A stretch of 64,000 nucleotides of DNA from Candidatus Latescibacterota bacterium. Lineage in GTDB: Bacteria; Latescibacterota; UBA2968. Below, piece by piece: positions 50,479-59,400 of the stretch; position 1 is the stretch's first letter; each line of letters starts with the position of its first letter. The position numbers and the translations under genes are program-made. The DNA lies in assembly GCA_965116885.1 (NCBI GenBank), contig OZ220741.1, positions 4,928,001 through 4,992,000 on the forward strand. Direction: 5' to 3'. The notes beneath the pieces are model-generated. The model did no database searches, was not told where the DNA came from, and saw only the letters and a list, made by a program, of their open reading frames with translations.

Positions 50479-52394
50479 GTCCGTACCTCCCGCGCACTCA
50501 AATACGCGGCGTAAAAATGTTCGAGCAAAAGCAAAATGAGCAAAAATCCGAGCACCCAGCGACCGTATTCATACACAATCGAAAGATCAGCCGATTGTTC
50601 GCCATCTCTCTGAAATAACACGGGCGTATCGCACAGCCGAATCTCAAATTCCGCGGGCGTTATCCGCGCCAAATCGCTCTCTCGTTCTGCGACATTAACC
50701 GATGCGATTTGCGTCCCCCACTGATATACGCCGGGCGCGTGAAATATGCGCGCATCGCCAACTACAGAATCCGACCCCTCTGGTCCCATAACTCGCTCCA
50801 CCGCATCAGACGTATTTATGGCATCGCCCACCTGATAATCTGTCTCGATCTCCCGATCACCAGATAAATAGCGCAACGTCTCGTGCAACAAAGGTACAAA
50901 CCGCGGCGTCCGCGCCAAATTTGACCGATCAAACCCCATTCCACCGCCCCAGACCACAATGCGACCTTCTCCTATCCTGCCTTCGACAATAGCGGGCATC
51001 AAATCGTCGTATTTTGCCAACACCGCGGCTGAACTGTCGGTGCTAATAACGTGGTAATTCTCATAGCGCACAGACGAAAAATCGTTAAACCGCGCCCCCT
51101 TGAAAGGACGAAAAATGGGATGCTCCAAATCGACCCACGCCAGCGCGGCATAACCCGCATCCGCCACCCCTGAAACCCGGATATTCGCACGCGCAAGCAA
51201 AGCATTTACAGATTGAATATCGGCATCTCTGTGAAGCGGCAAAAACAGCGCACCGCCTTCTTCGACATAATCTGCAAACTCACTTACAGAAGTCACATCC
51301 TCAGCTATCACCACCGACCCCATAAGTTCTCCAGACCAGATCAAACGCCAGTCCGCGCCTTCGGGCACAGCAGCTTTGAGCATAAACTGCGTGACCTCCG
51401 AAGTGTTCAACACCGCGATGGGATGTTGCGGTTTGGCAAGCCATGCAAAAAAACGGCGATCATCTCGCTGTAATCCATCTGCTCCTGCGAGCGCGACATA
51501 TCCGTTTATTCCCTCCTCCAGAGGCACAGAGAAAGCCACCTGTGTGGCATTGCCCGGCAACACCGTCACATCGCGCGATTCTACCACTTCTCCATCAACC
51601 ACCAGTTGCGCGGCAAGTCCCCCTTGCCCAAACCAGTTTCGCACCCGAGCGCGAACCCGCAAAACATCGTCCTTTACAGCCCGCACAGCGAGCGCGTCAA
51701 CCGACGCATTAGACACCTGGGAGATCCCCACATCCACCGCTTGAAACTCAATCGCGCCCGGCAACCGCCATCCCATATCGGACACCGGCATGCCACTCGC
51801 CTGAAAATCGCTGATCACATGCACCACGCGCTTCACCTGCGCAGTATCAGCCGCAAAAACATGCTCAACCGCCTGAAGAGCCAAAACATAATCCGTATGC
51901 CCCCACGTCACATCGGCGATCTCAATAGCGTGTCGAACATCTGCCACATCACCCGAAAGCGGCACATCCACCACGGCCTGCTGTGCAAATCGCACAAACC
52001 CGACCCGATCCCCCGGCTCCACAGTCTCCAGCACGGATTTCGCCCCCATCTTCGCGCGCTCCCACACCCCATCATATCCCATACTCAGCGAAACATCCAT
52101 CGCAATCACATAATCAGTCGTTCCCGAAGACACCGCCTCTGCATTCAACATCATCTCTTGAAAAGGTCGCGCAAACGCAAGTGCCAGAGCGACCAGCACC
52201 GCCATTCGCAACAACATCAACACAATGTGTTGAACGCGCCTGCGCTCAATCACCTCGCGTTTGACATCGGGCACAAACATCAAACTGCTAAACCGCACAG
52301 TCTCGCGCTCGGGACGGCGAATGCGATGCACAAAATAGGGAATGCCAATCAACGCAACCCCAAATGCAAATAGCGGGACGAGCAACCCCATCAC
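50475..52394 (-). CDS. BatA N-terminal + vWA domain protein
   Basis: IP..VH....FSSLMF....LLRM..L..LALAFARP; DVSLSM MIDAS; ISDFQ. Confidence 0.85.
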   Translation of the reverse strand: MMGLLVPLFAFGVALIGIPYFVHRIRRPERETVRFSSLMFVPDVKREVIERRRVQHIVLMLLRMAVLVALALAFARPFQEMMLNAEAVSSGTTDYVIAMDVSLSMGYDGVWERAKMGAKSVLETVEPGDRVGFVRFAQQAVVDVPLSGDVADVRHAIEIADVTWGHTDYVLALQAVEHVFAADTAQVKRVVHVISDFQASGMPVSDMGWRLPGAIEFQAVDVGISQVSNASVDALAVRAVKDDVLRVRARVRNWFGQGGLAAQLVVDGEVVESRDVTVLPGNATQVAFSVPLEEGINGYVALAGADGLQRDDRRFFAWLAKPQHPIAVLNTSEVTQFMLKAAVPEGADWRLIWSGELMGSVVIAEDVTSVSEFADYVEEGGALFLPLHRDADIQSVNALLARANIRVSGVADAGYAALAWVDLEHPIFRPFKGARFNDFSSVRYENYHVISTDSSAAVLAKYDDLMPAIVEGRIGEGRIVVWGGGMGFDRSNLARTPRFVPLLHETLRYLSGDREIETDYQVGDAINTSDAVERVMGPEGSDSVVGDARIFHAPGVYQWGTQIASVNVAERESDLARITPAEFEIRLCDTPVLFQRDGEQSADLSIVYEYGRWVLGFLLILLLLEHFYAAYLSAREVRT

Positions 52395-53320
52395 ACACCT
52401 CCCGACCGCCTGCTCGGCGTGATCAGCCCATCGTTGCGCCGATGTAAAAATCGATGCAACGCCATATCCAGAGGTTCAGAACACGCGAACTCTTCAATAT
52501 CGATCTCCGCCGATAGACACGCTTCTCTTATCGCGTCAAAATGTCGCCTGCGATTTTCCAAATAGGCTTCGCGCACCTCCTCTGGCACGGCAAATTGCTC
52601 GCGACTATCCTCGGCATCTATCAGCGTCACCGACCGATCAAAGGGAAACGTCTGCTCAGCCGGATCGCTCACCTGCAACACCAGCACATCGTGACGCTGC
52701 GCCCTCAGGGAACGCAAATGCAAAATCATCTCATCTGCCGGATGCAACAAATCGCCGATCAACACCACCATGCCCCGCGCAGGCAACACATCACCCATCA
52801 CCCGCAACGTCCCCGCCGTATCCGTCTCTTCACCCGCGGGCCTCAAATTGTCGATCTCCATCAAAATGCGATGGCGTTGTCCGTCTCGACGACGCGCAGG
52901 CACATGCGCAATCAACTCCCGATGATAAGCGGCGAAACCCACGGCATCTCCCTGACCGGAAGCCAGCATCACCAGACACGCCGCCAGCATCTGTGCATAC
53001 CGGAACTTGCTCACCTCTCCCGAACCATAATCCATAGACGCGCTGCAATCCAGCAAAATAGTAGAACGCAAATTGCGCTCATCCTGAAACTGCTTCACGT
53101 GCAGCCGATCACTCCGCCCATACAGCCGCCAATCCACAAAGCGCAAATCATCGCCCCACGCATAGGGACGATATTGGGCAAACTCTACCGACGCCCCATG
53201 GTGAATACTGCGATGCGCCCCACCCTGCAGCCCGGAAATAACCGTACGCGCCAAAAGCTCCAAATCCGCAATACGCGCCAACTCAGCAGGATCGAGATAT
53301 GTATAAATAGAATTTTGCAT
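52391..53320 (-). CDS. DUF58 family protein
   Basis: G.HRS...GASVEFAQYRPY..GDDLRFVDW, DCSASM. Confidence 0.92.
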   Translation of the reverse strand: MQNSIYTYLDPAELARIADLELLARTVISGLQGGAHRSIHHGASVEFAQYRPYAWGDDLRFVDWRLYGRSDRLHVKQFQDERNLRSTILLDCSASMDYGSGEVSKFRYAQMLAACLVMLASGQGDAVGFAAYHRELIAHVPARRRDGQRHRILMEIDNLRPAGEETDTAGTLRVMGDVLPARGMVVLIGDLLHPADEMILHLRSLRAQRHDVLVLQVSDPAEQTFPFDRSVTLIDAEDSREQFAVPEEVREAYLENRRRHFDAIREACLSAEIDIEEFACSEPLDMALHRFLHRRNDGLITPSRRSGGV

Positions 53321-53404
53321 GTGACTAAAAACTAAAAGCTCCTCCGCCCAGGACATCCCTGATAGAATCAATCAGGTCATTTGCAGGCGTGACGAGTAGC
53401 AATC

Positions 53405-53436
53405 GTCATTGCGGCATGCTTAAAGCCGCAATCCAG
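53405..53436. repeat. REP-like palindrome (left)
   Basis: GTC-ATTGCGGC-ATGCTTAAA-GCCGCAAT-CCAG. Confidence 0.55.
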
Positions 53437-53488
53437 TTGTTTTTTCTCATTACTGACTTTGGACCTATCGCGCATCCTGTTTACCTGT

Positions 53489-53917
53489 TCATTCTTTACG
53501 TAATGGATTGCTCTCTGGAGAAATCAAATTCACAGTCGGAAAATCTGTTTTGTAGCGCGCTGCATCTCGGGTTAGCAGGGGTAATTTTTCAACTGAGGCG
53601 TGTGCGCCTATAAAAAAATCGGGTAATGGTGAACGTCGTATTCCACCGCGCTTACGATATGCCAAAAACGCCTTGCCAGCGGAAAAAAGAGCTTCCTTCG
53701 GAATTTGGCGCATCTGAAATTTGCCCTCTTTTAACGCCTGCTCTAATTCTTCAATATTTTCATAACCGATTGACACTTCGGCGTAAATGATCGGATTGAT
53801 GAAAAACTCGTGAGTATCGCGGTACTGCCCAAGCATTTGTAAAGACCAGTCTGCCCAAACGGGATCGTTTTCAAAGACATCTAAAATGACATTGGAATCC
53901 ACGAGCATACCCGTCAT
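53489..53917 (-). CDS. vapC: VapC PIN-domain toxin
   Basis: LVDSNVILD, YAE, PLPDFFIGAHA, LTRD. Confidence 0.92.
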   Translation of the reverse strand: MTGMLVDSNVILDVFENDPVWADWSLQMLGQYRDTHEFFINPIIYAEVSIGYENIEELEQALKEGKFQMRQIPKEALFSAGKAFLAYRKRGGIRRSPLPDFFIGAHASVEKLPLLTRDAARYKTDFPTVNLISPESNPLRKE

Positions 53918-54129
53918 TTTTCACCCCGGGTCAATGCCATAATCTCATCCGTAGTCATTTTGATTGTAGCAGACCCCAACAGACGCTTATAAGGATTTTC
54001 TTTTGACTTTTTTACCAGATAAACACGACCATTTTCTTCCACAAAATCAACTTCTGATTTTGGTCCAATTCCCAATGCTTCACGCACCTTTTTGGGAATG
54101 GTCACCTGTCCTTTGCTCGTCACACGCAT
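53914..54129 (-). CDS. vapB: AbrB/MazE-type antitoxin (VapB)
   Basis: MRVTSKGQVTIPKKVREALG; RBS AGGAGG; 4-bp overlap with vapC. Confidence 0.9.
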   Translation of the reverse strand: MRVTSKGQVTIPKKVREALGIGPKSEVDFVEENGRVYLVKKSKENPYKRLLGSATIKMTTDEIMALTRGEK

Positions 54130-54280
54130 CGCACATCCTCCTGAAAAGTGATATGTATGCATCAGTTATATTTGTAAAATATGCAAAAATAGGCTTTAAT
54201 ATCACAGAAGTTTCGGGACTATTGTATATTGTTCTACAACAAAAAATATGTCTTTAGAGCCAAATAAAGGAGTAAGCCGT

Positions 54281-55561
54281 ATGATTGAAGTGCTCTCCAA
54301 ACCTGCTGATCAAATCCGTATCAGCGATATTAAATCGTTGATTGATTCGCAAGTTCCTGAAAGTGAACAAATCGAATTCAAAGAAACTCTGCCAGCGAGA
54401 AGAAACTCCACCGATCCATGGATCGAAGGCAACAATACACTTGGCAATCAGGCAAAAGACAAGATACTCGAAGAAGTCGTCGCCTTCGCAAATGCGTATG
54501 GTGGCGTTTGCTTGCTGGGTATAAAAGAGTCCAGTACAAAACCGTCAGTTGCTGCCGAAATTTCACCAATTCCGCGATGTGCAGAGTTAGCAGAAAGCCT
54601 GAAGTTGGTATTCCGAGACTGTGTGGACCCCCAACTTCCTCAGATCGAAATTATCCCAATAAAAACCAATGGTGAAAGCGGTGTGATTATCTGTCGTGTT
54701 GGGCAGTCCCGGCTGGCACCTCACCGCGTTACAAGAACACTTGTCTGCCCTATCCGACGATCTGATCGATGCGAGAAAATGTCAATGCGAGAAATCCAAG
54801 ACCTGACACTGAACATATCACGCGGACTCGAACGCTTGGAAAGACGACTTTCGGAACGCTCGGAACGTTTTCACCAAGAATTTGACCGCCTTAACGAACC
54901 AGAAAAATCATTTGGTATCCGAGCCACGGCCATACCCGTTGGAGACGAAATCCGATTTGACCACGTATTCTATCAGGGACGAATTATCGAGGATCTCTCT
55001 GAACCGTGGCGGTCAGCTTTGCAAAGTAAAGACGGCACTCAAATATACAACGAGGCTCAGGATACCGAACCTACCCATTGGCGACCAATACTACGCGGTG
55101 CCCGGGCGGAATTCTATAATCAGGAAATTTACACTCGTAAACCGACTGAACTAATCTACCGAGAAATTCACTGCGACGGGCTGATTGAATTGGGACATTT
55201 ATCGACTTATAATCATGGAAGGGCAATTTCTCTCCTGCCAGCTTATCCGCTCGTTCTATTTGCGAACCTGATCACTCAAGCCCATCGTGTGAGAATTCAA
55301 GCCAGTGCTCCTATGGCAGAATATGCCATTGAAGTGGAAATACATGTTAAAGGGGTCCCTGCAATAGTACCATGGAATAAATATCGTATATCGTCAGGGA
55401 AATTAGATCCTGGCACAATAACATTCCCGCGCTACTCGTTCGGTGATTCCGACGAGGGCAATGATCTCCTTAATCTGTTTTACCGCGATTTCTTGAATTC
55501 TCTTGGTCAAGACATCGGTCCTGAAGAAAACGAATTGGAGATACCGGATTGGACCAGTTGA
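54281..55561 (+). CDS. Schlafen/AlbA_2 domain protein with uncharacterised C-terminal domain
   Basis: ESEQIEFKE, EVVAFANAYGG.CLLGI.E, APH; RBS AAGGAG. Confidence 0.82.
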   Translation: MIEVLSKPADQIRISDIKSLIDSQVPESEQIEFKETLPARRNSTDPWIEGNNTLGNQAKDKILEEVVAFANAYGGVCLLGIKESSTKPSVAAEISPIPRCAELAESLKLVFRDCVDPQLPQIEIIPIKTNGESGVIICRVGQSRLAPHRVTRTLVCPIRRSDRCEKMSMREIQDLTLNISRGLERLERRLSERSERFHQEFDRLNEPEKSFGIRATAIPVGDEIRFDHVFYQGRIIEDLSEPWRSALQSKDGTQIYNEAQDTEPTHWRPILRGARAEFYNQEIYTRKPTELIYREIHCDGLIELGHLSTYNHGRAISLLPAYPLVLFANLITQAHRVRIQASAPMAEYAIEVEIHVKGVPAIVPWNKYRISSGKLDPGTITFPRYSFGDSDEGNDLLNLFYRDFLNSLGQDIGPEENELEIPDWTS

Positions 55562-55618
55562 GAATTGAACAAAGTCGAGCATAAGTGTTCTTTCAAATAA
55601 ATTTATTGTCTTACTCCA

Positions 55619-55644
55619 CTGGACTCCTGCTTCCGCAGGAGTGC
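55619..55644. repeat. REP-like palindrome (right, inverted relative to 53405-53436)
   Basis: CTGG-ACTCCTGC-TTCC-GCAGGAGT-GC. Confidence 0.55.
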
Positions 55645-55738
55645 TGCGCAATGGGTATCAAAATAGTCGCAAATCACTGTTATACAGTAAATTTATTATA
55701 AGTGGAGCATGCCATCTGCAGACGATCACAGAGGCCAG

Positions 55739-56419
55739 TTACATATTATCTTTTGCATGTGTAGCCTTCATTGCAGCAACCTTTCGCGGGTTCGCCTTGG
55801 TAAAGATCCAGCCTTTGACGTAACGCATAAGTATTTGGGTTGATGCACGAAATGCAGAAATTGCTTCAAGGTAGATTTCATCGGGAAAATCTATGTCACC
55901 TGAGCCAATTTTGAGAACATATCCAGATCGTTTTTCATGATCTGCGTAATCAAATGTATTGAAGAAATGCTTATCAGACAGGTGGACATATCCCGACGTG
56001 TTTTTGTAAACTAACTCAATCCAAGGACATTCCTTTGCCAATTGAGTGACGAGATAGTGATCAGTCATGCGTTGACCATTTCGATCTTTCATATTGCGGA
56101 TGTGTTTACCCTCAAGGACCGAAACAGCAAACTCGTGTGGTTTATCAACAATGAATCCAGCGAAAACTCGGAGTGCCGTATCCAATTGTAGCCGAACCAG
56201 TGGTCCAGCACAAATGAAATTCCTATCATGGATTAATGTACGAAAACCAGCGGATAAGGCGACCGAGCGATTGATGGCAGCGCATACCAAAAAGTCGAAT
56301 CCATACAGTGCACCGTCATGTCCCTGCATCATATCGGCTACCCGGTCGAGCATTGTCTTTTCATCAGCTTCAAGATTGGTCAGTGCTACTTTAACTATGT
56401 CTGATGGATGTTGTGACAT
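55739..56419 (-). CDS. Hypothetical all-helical protein, HEPN/DUF5677-like
   Basis: LVR.QLD..LR and Y...SGYVH motifs typical of divergent HEPN proteins. Confidence 0.5.
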   Translation of the reverse strand: MSQHPSDIVKVALTNLEADEKTMLDRVADMMQGHDGALYGFDFLVCAAINRSVALSAGFRTLIHDRNFICAGPLVRLQLDTALRVFAGFIVDKPHEFAVSVLEGKHIRNMKDRNGQRMTDHYLVTQLAKECPWIELVYKNTSGYVHLSDKHFFNTFDYADHEKRSGYVLKIGSGDIDFPDEIYLEAISAFRASTQILMRYVKGWIFTKANPRKVAAMKATHAKDNM

Positions 56420-56431
56420 GGCAATTTTGGG

Positions 56432-59400
56432 TTAGGCCATCAAATGTTCCAGAAGAACATGGGAAACAGAGCGAACTGTTCCGGTAGAAAGATCTAAAGC
56501 AATTTCTGCAAGATGTTTGCCTTCGGATTGACGCTTTATCTCAGAGCGTATCCAAGTTCTCAGTCGTTCTGGTTGATCATCGTTTTGTAATAAAAAACAA
56601 GGAAAGTTCACTTTTTCAAAACTTGTAGGTTGCGCCTCAAGACGACTGAAAGCAAGCTCACGGACTTGCTTATCGCGCACGAATCGAGTAGCTACAGCAC
56701 GCGAGCATGAAGGCGGAAACTCCCAGATATCACCACGGAACTTTGCCATTATTGTACTCACCTTGGCCACGAATTCATCAGGGGGAGAACTCGCCGCTAG
56801 CAAGTAAAACCCAGCCGGAAACAGGAGTCTTGGCATTTCAACCTGTTCACTTAGTTGTTTCCAAGCTTCCGAGTCTGGCCAGCCTGCACTGAGAGAGATA
56901 ACCAGTGCATCAGAAATATTCCCTTGCATTACGAGGGATTCGAGCTTGGTGAGCGTTTCGGTATCATTGGCGAATTGTTCAGCGAGTATTTCTGCCGCAA
57001 CAATGCTTGCTGCCACACCTGTCCAATGACCTACACGAAAATCATGCACAAGAGAAAGATTGCGAACAAGGGAGATGAGACATAATTCGCGTAAACGCTG
57101 CGAGCCTCGCCACTCCCGGGCGCAAAGCTGCAGCAATGGGGGGGTTGGCCTTTCTTTATGCCCTCCCTTAAGTCTATTAATAATTTTATTCAACAAATTG
57201 GGGTCACTCGTACGTGTGGCCATTTCCGTTAGGAACTCGTACGGCACCCCACTCAATTGGGCCCAAAACCTCTCGTCAAACACCTTCAATATGCGATTCC
57301 AGCGGCGGATTAAATGTGCGGCTAAGCGGAGATTAGGTTTTAGTATTCCACCAAAGTCTCTGGCCTTCTCTCCATCTTCCAACCAGAAAGTTTTCACGAT
57401 GTCGAGTCGGTCAAGTTCGAGTAGGGCGGAAAATGCCGCTTGGCGACGTTCGCTGAAATCTGGCCCACGAGCACGCAAGCCTTCTTTGAGTTGAACAAGA
57501 AGACCAGAAGATATTTCACTACGTCGTTTCACAGATGTAATATAGCCGATTGCCGCCGAGGTCTTCACATTCACGTCCATATCTTCATCGTACTTAGACA
57601 ACAGTCTATGTGCGAAGTCATCTTCGGGACCTAAGCGGGAGAGTCGATCTACAACGATCTGTCGGAGATGAGTGGGAAATGAACTACATAGCTCAAGAAT
57701 CTTGTAACGAATCTCTTCATTTGAATTATAAACCTTCGCAACGGCTCGCAAGTCACCTCCGCGATTGTGCAAATGATATGACGCTATCTCATGCCCTTTT
57801 GGATGGTTAGGAAAATATTCAATTAAGTTACCTATCCCCCCAAATAATGTATCGGATAGGACCTCATCAGTACACTTACTTACTACTACTTCTACGACTT
57901 CCTCGTCAAGCGCATTTGCCCCAAGCTTGGCCATTCCGACTAAAACACGTTGATCTATGAATTCTGATTCCTCGCGCAACATCTCTAATAAACGCCTTCG
58001 ACAAAGTTTTTTATCGGGAAGAATATCGGGTAGAAGATCTGGAGCGCGCTTAGCCACGTCACTATTGGCGAATCGCATTAAGGCAGTCGCTGCTTCCTCG
58101 TCCTGCATGTCCCATCCTTGTAATAACCACCGGGCCTGGTACTCCGTGATGACACCAGTCTTGTCGTTGGCTTTAAGCAAATATCCTTTTGCACGCTCTG
58201 AGCACGAGATTAGACAGAGTTCAAAATCCCCAAATAATCGATCAAAATTTTTCCGCGCGATCCAGTCATCGACAGCTAAACCTAAATTTTGATGACCAGA
58301 AAATGCCTTTACAAGATGTCCCCAGTTAAAATGCAAGCCAAGTAAATGGTTAGGGTAATCTTCTGTTTGGAACAGATGTGCGATGATCTCCGCCACCTCG
58401 TCGTCTTGCGGAAATCCTTCCAACAGTATAATTCCGGCTTCTTCCCAATCGAAAACTCTTTCATTAAAATAGTGCTTGGTAACAACACTCCTTATCGCTT
58501 CGCGTTTCACTTCAAGGTCGTCGGGCCAACCGGCTATAAGTGCCCGGACTCGGTCTTCTTTCCAATACCATGAACCAGAACTGTGCTTCTGCGAGAGATT
58601 TATCAATATTTTGCGATCCTCCGTATCATGTTCATTGCGTTTTACGCGATGAATTAGCGCGACACTTTGTAATGCATTATCAGTAGATAACCGACTGTCA
58701 TTTAAGATTTTAGTAAGCCGGTGGTCAGTCCCCCAACCAAGACAAAGCGCATGAAGGGCACAAGCCAGCAGACGTGATTCTGCAGGCATGAAAAGCAGTT
58801 CAAACAGGCGTTCTCCAATAGATGGATCTTCACCAAAAACTTTAGCAAGGGATTCTGCTGCGGCTTTCCGATTTTCATCTTCTTCGTCAAGCAGTCCGCG
58901 CCAAAGTATGGCTTGAGTCTCGTCATTTTTAGGCCATGTTGCAACAGCCTCATAGAACCCGCGCAGATAGGAATATCGCAAGGGATACCAGCGTTGAATG
59001 CGGGACTCTACAAGTGAGCGCATCGCATCGGATTTAAGTCCATCCAACGCGAGTTCAAGAAGCCGCTCACGAGTTCGTTTGTGAACACCAGCTTCGATAA
59101 TCTCAAACGTATCTTCCGCCAATCTTCTGGCGATACTTGCTGAACAATGGAGATCACCAAAGGCTACTTCTGCCAAAAAACTCTGCCGGGATAATTCCAT
59201 TTCTGGCGGTAGTTCTATATTTTCTACGATATCGACGAAATCATCCACCTCTCCATCGCGAGTGTTCAGATGGCATAGGCATAAAAAAACATCGTGCCAC
59301 TGAGGATTTTCAAAGTAATTCTTTACAAACTCCTTTTGCTGTTCAAACGGCAGATTCGATAGGTGTTTCGCTGCGAGAAATTCTTGAAATGATCGATGAA

